Positions 48,626 through 58,166 of a stretch of DNA of 64,000 nucleotides are shown here, in pieces; within the stretch, counting starts at the first letter, position 1, and each line of letters opens with the position of its first letter. Source of the DNA: Acidobacteriota bacterium (GTDB taxonomy: Bacteria; Acidobacteriota; UBA6911; RPQK01; JAJDTT01); NCBI GenBank assembly GCA_965217775.1, contig CBDCJH010000002.1:3456001-3520000 (forward strand), given 5' to 3'. Below the pieces are notes generated by a model that saw only the letters and a program-made list of their open reading frames with translations, was not told the origin of the DNA and did no database searches. The translations under genes and the position numbers were made by a program.

Positions 48626-49852
48626 CTATTCCGTCTCGGTCGCCTCGCGGATCGCCATCTGTCTCAGATTCTTCAACGGAATACGGGTCCTTGCGGCGAT
48701 CCTTTTCAGGTCTTCGTACTCGGGCCATACGGTGACCGGCTCTCCCCGAAAGCGTCCCACCTTGACTCGAACCGTTCCGTGCCCGGTCTCCACCTCCCGG
48801 AACTCGCGCTCCAGGACCCAGCGCCGCCACGGCTTCCAACGAACCCCCAGGGTTGTCGTCTCGCGGAAGAGGAGGCCCATCATACGGTCACGATCCGGTG
48901 GGCGGCAGAGCAACGAAAGATGGTGTCCGGGCCTTCCTTTCTTCATATGCTGGGGTACGCAACGGACGTCCAGAGCTCCTTCGCCCAGAGCCGTCTCCAT
49001 GACGTAGCCGATGGCTTCGGGATCCAGGTCGTCGATGTCGGCCTCCAGGACCAGGACCTCTTCGTCACGCACTCCTTCGGCGGTCGCCGGGGAGGGTTTT
49101 TCCTCGCCGGCTTCACTGCCGAGCACCAGTCTCAACATGTTGGGGATTCCGGGCAACTCCCGGTCTCCGGCACCGAAGCCCCATCGATCCAGAGTCCAGG
49201 CCGGCGTCGCGGCGCCGGGCGCGGTCAACGTCGTCACGATGGCCGCCCCGGTGGGCGTGGTCATCTCCGCCTGCACCTCCCCCATGACCACGGGATAGCC
49301 GCGGACCAAGTGAGCGGTCGCGGGCGCGGGGACGGGCCAGGTGCCGTGGGAGAAGGTCACGGTGCCGCCGCCCAGGTTCAGGGGACTGGAGAAAAAACGG
49401 CGGGCGCCGAAGTAGTGGAATCCGATGCAGGCCCCAACGATATCCACGATGGCATCCACCGCGCCCACCTCATGAAAGTGGACATGCTCCACCGATTCTC
49501 CGTGGACGGCCGCCTCGGCCCTGGCCAGCCGCCGAAACACCGACAGCGCCATCTCCTTGACCGGATCCTCCAGACCACTCTTTTCGATCAGCCCGTAGAT
49601 CTGCCCGGGCGGGCGTCCATGGGAGTGCCGCCCATTCTCGATCTCGACCCGGAAGTCGGTCCCCGAGAGTCCGTTCCGGTCGATCTTGCGGGCGGTGAGG
49701 CGATACGGCTCCAGCGGCAATGAAGCGAGCCGACGCCGAAGATGATCCAAGGGGAGCCCCAGATCCAGCAACCCCCCCAGGATCATGTCTCCGCTCACGC
49801 CGTTGAAGGCGTCGAAGTAGAGAATGCGATCCCGGCCGCCGTCCGTTCCCAT
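48626..49852 (-). CDS. larC: Nickel pincer cofactor biosynthesis protein LarC
   Basis: YFDAFNGVSGDM, AEAAVHG..HFHEVGAVDAIVD, HGTWPVPAPAT, TTPTGAA, MKKGRPG, PEYED. Confidence 0.93.
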   Translation of the reverse strand: MGTDGGRDRILYFDAFNGVSGDMILGGLLDLGLPLDHLRRRLASLPLEPYRLTARKIDRNGLSGTDFRVEIENGRHSHGRPPGQIYGLIEKSGLEDPVKEMALSVFRRLARAEAAVHGESVEHVHFHEVGAVDAIVDIVGACIGFHYFGARRFFSSPLNLGGGTVTFSHGTWPVPAPATAHLVRGYPVVMGEVQAEMTTPTGAAIVTTLTAPGAATPAWTLDRWGFGAGDRELPGIPNMLRLVLGSEAGEEKPSPATAEGVRDEEVLVLEADIDDLDPEAIGYVMETALGEGALDVRCVPQHMKKGRPGHHLSLLCRPPDRDRMMGLLFRETTTLGVRWKPWRRWVLEREFREVETGHGTVRVKVGRFRGEPVTVWPEYEDLKRIAARTRIPLKNLRQMAIREATETE

Positions 49853-49877
49853 CCCGCACACAATAGCACGGCCGGAG

Positions 49878-50102
49878 AGGAAGACAGGAAAGGAGGAAAG
49901 AGGAAAGAGAGAAGAGGGAATGTTCGGATAGCGGAGATTTGGAGGAAAAACGATTCAGCCGTGGCCACGTCGACCCATCGAACATGAACCGCGGTCCCTC
50001 CCCTGACTTCGCTGGAACCTGACGGGTGGTCGAGTCCCTGAGACCACGTTGCCGCCTCTGACTTCCCACTACTTTTTTCTCTTTTCTCTTTCCTCTTTCC
50101 TC
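49878..50102. repeat. Inverted heptamer-repeat arms (GAGGAAA)n between larC and argS
   Basis: GAGGAAAGAGGAAAGAGAGAAGAG near 49893-49916 and its near-complement near 50079-50102. Confidence 0.65.
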
Positions 50103-50139
50103 GCCCGGACCCCTCTCCGGCGTCTGATATCATTGGCCC

Positions 50140-52098
50140 ATGTTGCTGCGCCGGGCCCGCCAGAGCGAGGCGTTGTTCCGGGAATTCGTGCGCGAACGAT
50201 TTTCCCTGGAGCTGGGGTCCGCCGCCGCCAAATCGCCGCCGAGGATCGAGTTCGGGGACCTGGCCTTCGCCTTTCCCTTCGAGTTGGCCCGAAGCCTGCG
50301 GCGAGCTCCCCGTGACATCGCCCTGGAGATCGCCGGCAACTTCCGGATGCCCCCCTGGATGGAAAGGGTCGAGGCGGCCGGTGGCTACGTCAACGTCTTT
50401 TTGAAGCGGGATCGATTCCTGGCCGATCTCCAAGGCTCACTTTCCGAACCGCCGGAACCGGCACGCGGACCGAAGATCATCGTCGAGCACACCAATATCA
50501 ATCCCAACAAGGCGGCTCACATCGGGCATCTCCGGAACGCGGTCCTGGGCGACACCTTCGGCCGCCTGTTGCGATCCCGGGGCCATTCGGTGGAGATTCA
50601 GAACTACATCGACGACACCGGCGTTCAAGTCGCCGACGTCGTGGTTGGATTCCAGCAGTTGCGGAATTTGAGCTTGGAGCAGGTCCAGGCGATTCCCGAA
50701 CCCTTCGATTACTACTGCTGGGACCTGTACGCCCGAGTCTGCGACTGGTATGGACAGGAGGACTCGCGCCTCGAACATCGCCGCCGCACCCTTCGAGAGA
50801 TCGAGGAGGGAGAGGGCGTGACCGGCCGGATGGCCGAGCACATTTCCCTCCGAATCGTGAACGCCCACCTGCGAACCATGTGGCGCATCGGCGTCCGTTA
50901 CGACGTCCTTCCCCGCGAAAGCCAGATTCTGAGGGAGAAATTCTGGGACGAGGCCTTCGACCGGCTCAAGCAGCGCAAGGCCATCACCCACGTTGCGGAC
51001 GGACCCAATCGAGGTTGCTGGGTGATGCGGCTTCCAGGCGAGAACGGTCAGCCTGCGGAGGAGAAGATCATCGTCCGCAGCGACGGGACCGTCACCTACG
51101 TGGGTAAGGACATCGCCTATCAGCTCTGGAAATTCGGCTTGCTGGAGAAGAGCTTTCGCTACCGGGTCGTGCGCCGTTACCCGGACCGGGGCCAGGTCTG
51201 GATGACCAGTTCCGGCGGAGCCTCCGACGTCGAGAAGGACTTCGGAGGCGGCCAGAGTGTCTACAACGTCATCGACGTTCGCCAATCCTACCTGCAGCGG
51301 GTGGTGGTCCACGGCCTTCGCAGCCTGGGCCACGAAGTCCCCGCCGACCATTCCACCCACTTTTCCTACGAGATGGTGGCTCTCTCCCTCAAGTGCAGCC
51401 GTGAACTGGGGATCGAGCTCTCGGAGGCGGATCGGGCCAGGCCCTACGTAGAGGTCTCCGGACGCAAGGGACTGGGGGTCAAGGCCGACGACCTGGTGGA
51501 CAAGCTCATCGAGAAGTCACTCCTGGAAGTGGCCGGCCGCCAGCCGGACCTGACCCACGAGGCGCGTTTGCGGATCGCCACCCAGATCGCTGTTGGAGCC
51601 CTACGGTATTTCCTCCTCAAATATGCCCGCAACTCGGTCATCGCCTTCGACTTCCGGGAGGCCCTGAGCTTCGAGGGAGAGACCGGCCCCTATCTGCAAT
51701 ATTCGGTGGTGCGCGCCAACAACATCTTCCGCAAGCTGCGGTCCCAGGGGGGCGGCACGGTGGATCGGGGGCAGGAGGATCTGCCGAAGTACCTGCGGGA
51801 GCATCCGGAGCGGTTCGCCGATCTGCTTCAGGACGATCAGATCTGGAAGTTGTTGCTTCAGGCCGGAAGGTCCGAAGGCGCCATCGAACAGTCGCTCAAG
51901 ACCCTGGAAATGTCCTATCTGGCCAAGCACGCCTTCTCGCTGGCCCAGATCTTCAACATCTTCTACCATAGCCATCACATCCTTTCGCAGAAGGACTCGC
52001 GGAAGCAGACCTGTTATCTGGCGGTGGCGGATACGGCGCGCCGGGCCATGACGCGGTCTCTCGCACTCCTGGGTATCGAAGTTCCGGAAAGAATGTAG
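50140..52098 (+). CDS. argS: Arginine--tRNA ligase
   Basis: EHTNINPNKAAHIGHLRNAVLGD, VIDVRQ, SGRKG, FEGETGPYLQY, LGIEVPERM. Confidence 0.97.
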   Translation: MLLRRARQSEALFREFVRERFSLELGSAAAKSPPRIEFGDLAFAFPFELARSLRRAPRDIALEIAGNFRMPPWMERVEAAGGYVNVFLKRDRFLADLQGSLSEPPEPARGPKIIVEHTNINPNKAAHIGHLRNAVLGDTFGRLLRSRGHSVEIQNYIDDTGVQVADVVVGFQQLRNLSLEQVQAIPEPFDYYCWDLYARVCDWYGQEDSRLEHRRRTLREIEEGEGVTGRMAEHISLRIVNAHLRTMWRIGVRYDVLPRESQILREKFWDEAFDRLKQRKAITHVADGPNRGCWVMRLPGENGQPAEEKIIVRSDGTVTYVGKDIAYQLWKFGLLEKSFRYRVVRRYPDRGQVWMTSSGGASDVEKDFGGGQSVYNVIDVRQSYLQRVVVHGLRSLGHEVPADHSTHFSYEMVALSLKCSRELGIELSEADRARPYVEVSGRKGLGVKADDLVDKLIEKSLLEVAGRQPDLTHEARLRIATQIAVGALRYFLLKYARNSVIAFDFREALSFEGETGPYLQYSVVRANNIFRKLRSQGGGTVDRGQEDLPKYLREHPERFADLLQDDQIWKLLLQAGRSEGAIEQSLKTLEMSYLAKHAFSLAQIFNIFYHSHHILSQKDSRKQTCYLAVADTARRAMTRSLALLGIEVPERM

Positions 52099-52100
52099 GC

Positions 52101-53177
52101 ATGTCCTGCGTTTTCCAGATTCCGTTCCTGCTGCTGCTGGCATCGCTTGCTGCCGGGTCAGCCTCCGAGACTCTACCGCCGCTGGAGCAGGTCTTAACCC
52201 TGTACGAGATGCGCCTCTATCGGGGGAAGAACGACTACAAGTCTCACATGAACCTTTTTCGGAAGGCCCTGGAGCGGAACTCCAAGCTTCTGGCAGCCTC
52301 CGGGAAGGAATCGGAACTCAGGTCCGTCCTGAGGGTGCTGGCGGACATGAGAGCCCTCTCCGAACATGCTCTTCTGGAAACCCCCACCCGTGAGAAGGAC
52401 GGCCGCTCCAGGGAAGCGAAACGCCTGGAAATACGGGCGAGGCGCATCGTGGAGGCGATGGAGGACCTCAAGCTCGCCCTGCCCTTTGAATATCGAGACG
52501 ATTTCGACGACTGTATCCGATCTCTGGAAAAGCTGCGCAAGCACCTCCTGGATCAACTCTTTGGCCGGTTGACCCCGGCGGACACCCGGTCTGCGCCCGG
52601 AATCGCTCACGGCCTGCTGCCTTTTACGCCGGCATTCCCGGCGGTCTCCTTTTCCCAGTCGGCAGACGGTTTCACCGACGAGGAATACACCAAGATCCAA
52701 AGGGCGCAGAAACTGGACAGGCGAACCCGTGTTTTCCTGAAGATTGCGGAAGATCGCCTGGAGGCGCTGGAAGAGCGCTGGACCCGACTGACGGGGAAAG
52801 AGCCTCCGGTGACCGGGAAAAAGCGGAAGAAAAAAAAGAACAAGAAGAAGAAAGGCCGGAACGGGGAGGACGAGGGTCCACTGACGTTCCATGCCCACTG
52901 GGAATTGCTCCATGCCTACGAGCGAGCCATCGACGGCGTCATGATCAACATCGACGAGAAGGCAAACCAACGGCGGCTCTCGGAAGAGGAGATCCTGAAG
53001 GTCCTGAAGAGGTTCTGCGAGAACGTCCTCAAGTTCGAGCCGCGCCTGGAGACCATGGAGAAGCTGGCGGTCCAGTTGGATGACGATGACTATTGGCTGA
53101 CCCTGGAGGAGGCCAAGAAGACCACCGAGATCGCCCGCAAAGGATGCCGCCTGGGCCTGGGCGGAGACCTGGAATAG
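52101..53177 (+). CDS. Secreted helical hypothetical protein with two related domains
   Basis: Signal peptide; two helical segments (LTLYEMRLYR.../FTDEEYTKIQRAQ...); Lys-rich insert. Confidence 0.7.
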   Translation: MSCVFQIPFLLLLASLAAGSASETLPPLEQVLTLYEMRLYRGKNDYKSHMNLFRKALERNSKLLAASGKESELRSVLRVLADMRALSEHALLETPTREKDGRSREAKRLEIRARRIVEAMEDLKLALPFEYRDDFDDCIRSLEKLRKHLLDQLFGRLTPADTRSAPGIAHGLLPFTPAFPAVSFSQSADGFTDEEYTKIQRAQKLDRRTRVFLKIAEDRLEALEERWTRLTGKEPPVTGKKRKKKKNKKKKGRNGEDEGPLTFHAHWELLHAYERAIDGVMINIDEKANQRRLSEEEILKVLKRFCENVLKFEPRLETMEKLAVQLDDDDYWLTLEEAKKTTEIARKGCRLGLGGDLE

Positions 53178-53245
53178 CGGCGGGCGCCCAGCGCGCCCCG
53201 CGGAACCCGGTTTCGGTCCATTCCGGGCGAAGTTCAATTCCGGCG

Positions 53246-53887
53246 TCACAGCTCCGAGTTCGGATGCGGCCGCTCGATCGCCCGCTTCAACCACGTGATC
53301 CCTGCCAGGCCGGCGGCCCCGCAGCCCGCGATACGGTTCAGGTCCGACTCCACGACACCTCCCAGGGCGAATACCGGAATTTCCACGGAGAGGGCGATGC
53401 GCTCCAGGGCCGGGAAACCCAGCGCCGGTGCACGCGACTCTTTGGAGAGCGGATCCAGAACGGGGCTCACCAGTACGTAGTCGGCTCCCTCCGCGGCCGC
53501 CCGCAGCACGTCATCACCGCTGTGAGTCGACTTGCCCAGGAGAAACGACGCGTTTCCATACCGATCCCGGAGTCGGATGGCGTGGGACAGCGCCTGCTTC
53601 GAAGTCAGGTGGCTTCCGTCGGCCCCTTCCTGAAGGGCCAGCTCCACATGGGTGTTGACCAGAAACACTTTTCCGCTTCGGCCCGCCAACTCGACACCGT
53701 GCCTTACCCAGGTGCGGCTCTCCGCCGGCGAGAGGTCCTTTTCCCGAAACTGAAGGATGTGCGCTGGACTCCTGAAGATCCGGTCCAGATACTCCTCCGG
53801 CGCCAAACCGGGAAACGCGACGCGATCTGAGATGCCGTAGAGATAGGGTGGCCTATGTCTTCGGAAAATATCGCTGATAATGGACAA
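53246..53887 (-). CDS. thiE: Thiamine-phosphate synthase family (ThiE/TenI)
   Basis: LYGISD, QFREKD, GADGSHL, GKSTHS, GADYVLVSPV, PVFALGG. Confidence 0.8.
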   Translation of the reverse strand: MSIISDIFRRHRPPYLYGISDRVAFPGLAPEEYLDRIFRSPAHILQFREKDLSPAESRTWVRHGVELAGRSGKVFLVNTHVELALQEGADGSHLTSKQALSHAIRLRDRYGNASFLLGKSTHSGDDVLRAAAEGADYVLVSPVLDPLSKESRAPALGFPALERIALSVEIPVFALGGVVESDLNRIAGCGAAGLAGITWLKRAIERPHPNSEL

Positions 53888-54095
53888 CTTCCCACGTCCC
53901 CAAAATCAGGTTGGCCAGCCCCAGACCGGAAACCGCGCCACGAACGAAGTTGTTGAGCATGATCAGCCGGAGCCAGGGGTAGATTTCCAGCAGCGAATTC
54001 TGGCTCCACTGATCCCACCAGGGAAACAGGAGTAGAAAGATCCCGACCTCAAAGCAGTAGAGCACGTAGAGACCAAACAGGACCTTCTGAATCAT
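53853..54095 (-). CDS. Small membrane hypothetical protein
   Basis: 80 aa with two hydrophobic segments (YCFEVGIFLLLFPW...W..N...FVRGAVSGLGLAN). Confidence 0.7.
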   Translation of the reverse strand: MIQKVLFGLYVLYCFEVGIFLLLFPWWDQWSQNSLLEIYPWLRLIMLNNFVRGAVSGLGLANLILGTWEVVHYQRYFPKT

Positions 54096-54463
54096 GAACC
54101 GCCGTTTGACACCGACTGCGGAATGCCCCCGAGAAATGTCGACAGTCCGTGGCCTAGGAGTCTGCGCCGTAGGAATGATCGAAGCGAGAAAGTGGGGAAT
54201 CGAGGCCAGATTTTCTCGATTTGGAGGTGCATAGTCGTTCTATTCGCCGAGAAATCGAGGAAATATGGACCGATTCACCGCTTTCGCAGTAGATCAATTT
54301 CTGCGGCGCAGGCTCCTGGGTCTCCTTCAGCAACGAACCCGGCGACGCGCTCCCGGGACCGGATGCGATGGACGGTCCTGCCAGGCGTCATTTGCCGAGG
54401 AGCAACGGCGTCCACGGGAATTTCGCGCCGGGGGGAGGCCGAGACGAGTCCCGCCACGGGCGG

Positions 54464-54805
54464 TCAGCGTTTTTCCCGGATCCTGGCCTTCTTCCCCTTG
54501 CGCTGGCGCAGATAGTAGAGCTTGGCTCGCCGGACTCGTCCTCTGCGCAAGACCTGCACGCTCTCGATCAACGGGGAGTGAAAGGGAAAAATGCGCTCCA
54601 CGCCGTAGCCGAACGAGATCCTGCGAACCGTGAAGGTGGAACCCAGGCCCCGCCTGCGAATGGCGATGACGACTCCCTCGAAGGGCTGCACGCGAATCTT
54701 GTTGCCTTCCCTGATTTTGAAGTTGACCCGCACCGTATCTCCGGGTCCGAAATCCGGGATCCCATCCCTCAACTGCGGCTGTTCGACCAGTTGTATCGGA
54801 TTCAT
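54464..54805 (-). CDS. rplS: 50S ribosomal protein L19
   Basis: [37 protein letters not shown]. Confidence 0.98.
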   Translation of the reverse strand: MNPIQLVEQPQLRDGIPDFGPGDTVRVNFKIREGNKIRVQPFEGVVIAIRRRGLGSTFTVRRISFGYGVERIFPFHSPLIESVQVLRRGRVRRAKLYYLRQRKGKKARIREKR

Positions 54806-54815
54806 GACTCCACCC

Positions 54816-55520
54816 TTATCCTTTCGGCCTGCCGGAACGCGATCCGGACGCGAGCAAATCGGGCCTGCGATCCCGAGTACGTCTCAGAGCCTGTTCCTCC
54901 CGCCAGGAACGTATCTCTGCATGGTTCCCCGACAGCAGGACCTCGGGGACGGGCCGATCCCGGTAGGTGGCCGGCCGGGTGTACTGAGGATAGTCCAACA
55001 ACCCGGTGGCAAACGATTCCTGCTCCAATGAAGCCGGCTTGCCCACCACGCCCGGGACCAGTCGCACGATAGCGTCCACCATCAGCAGGGCCGGCAGTTC
55101 GCCTCCCGTGACCACGAAGTCCCCCATCGAGATCTCTTCGTCCACCAGATCATCCAACGCTCGCTGATCCACTCCCTCGTAACGCCCACAAATGAACGTC
55201 AGATGGGATTTCCGGGACAACTCCACCGCCTTCTCCTGCGTGAACCGGCTTCCTTGCGGACTCGGATACACGACCCAAGGCTTCCGCTGACCCTGGCGGC
55301 ACCGTTCCACCGCGCGGAACAGGGGTTCGGGTTTGAACACCATCCCCTCCCCCCCTCCGTAGGGCCGATCGTCCACCGTCCGGCGCCTGTCCGTCGTAAA
55401 TTCCCTGAGGTCGACCAACTCCAGGCGAAACAACCCCTTTCGGATCGCCTGGTGCAGGATACCGTAATCGAAAAATCCCTGACACATCCCAGGGAAAATG
55501 GTGATGACGTCTACCTGCAT
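54816..55520 (-). CDS. trmD: tRNA (guanine-N1)-methyltransferase
   Basis: [47 protein letters not shown]. Confidence 0.97.
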   Translation of the reverse strand: MQVDVITIFPGMCQGFFDYGILHQAIRKGLFRLELVDLREFTTDRRRTVDDRPYGGGEGMVFKPEPLFRAVERCRQGQRKPWVVYPSPQGSRFTQEKAVELSRKSHLTFICGRYEGVDQRALDDLVDEEISMGDFVVTGGELPALLMVDAIVRLVPGVVGKPASLEQESFATGLLDYPQYTRPATYRDRPVPEVLLSGNHAEIRSWREEQALRRTRDRRPDLLASGSRSGRPKG

Positions 55521-55579
55521 TTCAGAAGGAACTCCTGCAAACCGGCCGGGTGGTCCGCAGTCCATTGCGCTACGAGTTG

Positions 55580-56095
55580 CTAACTCGAAGGAGCCAATCC
55601 CGGGGGAAGATCCACCTGGATGACCCCCCGGTCCAGATCCACATCCCGAACGAATGCCCGCGCCATGGGGATCATCAGTTCCCGACCGTTCCCGTCCCGG
55701 ACCACCAGATTCACGCCTTCGGCTCCAGTACGAAACAATTCGAGGACCACCCCCAGCTTGCGCCCCTTCTGCTCGACTCTCAAACCCAGGAGATCAGACT
55801 CGTAGAACGCGCCTTCCGGGAGCGGCATGCGCTCCTCCAAGGGGATCCGGACCTCTCCGCCAATCAACTCCCGGACCTGTTCGGGTCGTTCCCGGCCCCG
55901 AAATTTGAGCAGCACGCGACCCTTGTGAAAACGAGCAGACTCGATGACCTCCCGGTACTGCACGTCGGGAAGGGCCACCCGGACACTGGCCGTGGAGGAG
56001 AATCGCTCCGGGAAGTCCGTCAGAATCTCCGCGGAAACCTCACCACGTATTCCCCTCGCCTTGAGGATGAGGGCTATGGCGATGAATTGACTCAA
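55580..56095 (-). CDS. rimM: Ribosome maturation factor RimM
   Basis: ARGIRGEV, FYESDLLGL, ELMIP..FV..VDL; syntenic position. Confidence 0.92.
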   Translation of the reverse strand: MSQFIAIALILKARGIRGEVSAEILTDFPERFSSTASVRVALPDVQYREVIESARFHKGRVLLKFRGRERPEQVRELIGGEVRIPLEERMPLPEGAFYESDLLGLRVEQKGRKLGVVLELFRTGAEGVNLVVRDGNGRELMIPMARAFVRDVDLDRGVIQVDLPPGLAPSS

Positions 56096-56326
56096 TTACT
56101 CAAGAATTTCCAGGACGAACCTCTTGCGCAGCTTCATCCCTGCCGCGCCCAACAACGTCCGAATGGCCCGGGCGGTTCGTCCCTGCCTGCCGATGACCTT
56201 GCCGAGATCATGCTGCGCGACCCTCAGTTCAAGCACGGTGGTCTGTTCCCCCACCACCTCGTTCACTCGAACTTCTTCCGGATCGTCGACCAGCGTCTTC
56301 GCGATCATCTCGACAAGCTCTCTCAT
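56096..56326 (-). CDS. khpA: KH-domain RNA-binding protein KhpA
   Basis: [20 protein letters not shown]; between rpsP and rimM. Confidence 0.93.
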   Translation of the reverse strand: MRELVEMIAKTLVDDPEEVRVNEVVGEQTTVLELRVAQHDLGKVIGRQGRTARAIRTLLGAAGMKLRKRFVLEILE

Positions 56327-56412
56327 AGTTGCCTCCTGGCAGCGGGACCGGGAGCCCGTGGCTGGATGCCGCTACGGCATGCGCACGAAGCTGCCCGTGA
56401 CCTTCACCCGGC

Positions 56413-56661
56413 TCATGGCTGCTCTTGCTGCCGCACCCTGCTGATCAGGCTGTCGACCCTACCCGAAGGCTGAGCACCCAGTTGCACCCAGTGGTCGATC
56501 CGCTCCAGATTCAGTTTGAGGCGAACCGGTTTGAGAGCCGGATTGTAATACCCCAGGATTTCAATAAAGCGCCCATCCCTGGGACTGGTGCGCTCGGCCA
56601 CCACAACCCGATAATGGGGATCCTTCTTGGCACCGTGTCGACTTAAACGTATTCTCAACAA
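56413..56661 (-). CDS. rpsP: 30S ribosomal protein S16
   Basis: IRLSRHGAKKDPHYRVVV, RDGRFIEILGYYNP, GAQPS. Confidence 0.98.
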   Translation of the reverse strand: MLRIRLSRHGAKKDPHYRVVVAERTSPRDGRFIEILGYYNPALKPVRLKLNLERIDHWVQLGAQPSGRVDSLISRVRQQEQP

Positions 56662-56704
56662 TGGAATACCTCCAACAAAACCTGCATTTTATCAAAAAGA
56701 GACA

Positions 56705-58036
56705 TTAGAAGGGGAAGTTGGTGCGACCCCGCGACCGGCCCGAAAAGCCCCGCTTCATCCGCTTCATCATGGTTCGAGTCTGCAGATACTGTTTGAGGAG
56801 GCGGTTGACGTCGGACACCGTCCGCCCGCTGCCGCGGGCGATCCGGCGGCGGCGGGAACCCTTGATGATCCTGGGGTTTGCCCGCTCCAGGGGAGTCATG
56901 GAGTTGATGATGGCCTCCATGGTGTCCAGTTGCTTTTCTTCGACCTGGACCTGTCCCATCCCCTTGAACAGACCTCCCTGCGGGAGCATGCCCAGAATCT
57001 GTTCCAGTGGTCCGAGCTTGCGGAGCTGACGCAGTTGGGACCTGAAGTCGTCCAGGGTGAACTCATCCCTTTGGATCTTCTCCAGAATCTTCCGGCTGTC
57101 TTGCGGCGTCACCGCCGCCTGAGCCTTCTCGATGAGGCGGAGGACATCCCCCTGGCCCAGGATCCGGCCGGCCATCCGCTCCGGATGAAAGGTTTCGAAG
57201 GCGCCGTAGTCCTCACCGGTACCGATGAATTTGATGGGTTGACCCGTGACGGTGCGGATCGAGAGGGCTGCTCCGCCGCGGGCGTCCCCATCCATCTTGG
57301 TGAGGACCACACCGGAAAGCTCGAGCCGGTCTCCAAAGCTCTTGGCCGACCGGACGGCATCCTGACCGGTCATGGCATCGGCGACCAGAAGAATTTCGTG
57401 CGCTCCCACGCCGCCCACGATCTCCTGCAACTCGGTCATGAGCTCGTCATCCACGTGGAGACGGCCTGCGGTGTCGATGAGCAAGGGGTCGTACCCCATG
57501 TTTCGGGCCCGTTTTTTGGCCATTTGCGCTCGCCGAACCGGGTCTCGGGTCGGGGGGTCCTCCACCTCTATCCCGATGGCCGAGCCCACTACCGAGAGTT
57601 GATGGATGGCCGCCGGCCGGCGGACATCCGTCGACACCATCAGGGGCCGTCGGTCCTTGGCCTTGAGCCATCGCGCCAGTTTACCCGTCGTCGTGGTCTT
57701 GCCGCTCCCTTGCAGACCGGCCAGAACGATAACGGTCGGCCTTCGAGTTCCCTTGGCCAACCCGGCCGCCTCCGATCCAAGGAGACGAGTAAGCTCCTCG
57801 TTGACGATCTTCACGACCTGTTGGCCCGGCGTCAGGCTGCGCATCACTTCCTGCCCCAGGGCCTTTTCCCTGATGCCGGAGATGAACGACTTGACCACGC
57901 CGAAATGGACGTCGGCCTCCAGCAAGGCGATGCGAATCTGGCGCAGAGAGGCATTCAGGTGCGCCTTGGAGACGCGCCCCTCCCCTTTGAGGTCCCTCAG
58001 AATCTTCTGGAGCCGGGAGGACAAATTTTCGAACAT
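56705..58036 (-). CDS. ffh: Signal recognition particle protein Ffh
   Basis: ALLEADV, GLQGSGKTTT, DTAGR, TKMDGDARGGAALS, M domain RRRRIARGSG. Confidence 0.98.
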   Translation of the reverse strand: MFENLSSRLQKILRDLKGEGRVSKAHLNASLRQIRIALLEADVHFGVVKSFISGIREKALGQEVMRSLTPGQQVVKIVNEELTRLLGSEAAGLAKGTRRPTVIVLAGLQGSGKTTTTGKLARWLKAKDRRPLMVSTDVRRPAAIHQLSVVGSAIGIEVEDPPTRDPVRRAQMAKKRARNMGYDPLLIDTAGRLHVDDELMTELQEIVGGVGAHEILLVADAMTGQDAVRSAKSFGDRLELSGVVLTKMDGDARGGAALSIRTVTGQPIKFIGTGEDYGAFETFHPERMAGRILGQGDVLRLIEKAQAAVTPQDSRKILEKIQRDEFTLDDFRSQLRQLRKLGPLEQILGMLPQGGLFKGMGQVQVEEKQLDTMEAIINSMTPLERANPRIIKGSRRRRIARGSGRTVSDVNRLLKQYLQTRTMMKRMKRGFSGRSRGRTNFPF

Positions 58037-58166
58037 GTCGTCAGCCTCGAACGGTCGGCGTCATTCTATCGTGCCTGTCAAACCGAGGCTGCATCCGGTG
58101 GCCGAATGCCGGCGCGCCTGGCGTCCGGACTTGCTAGTCTGGTGGACGAAATTGGAGTCGCCGGGC

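Noticed and set aside
49990-50050. TPP-like words (GAACCTGA, CTGAGA) between larC and argS
   Set aside because: The motifs are in the wrong order and there is no adjacent thiamine gene.
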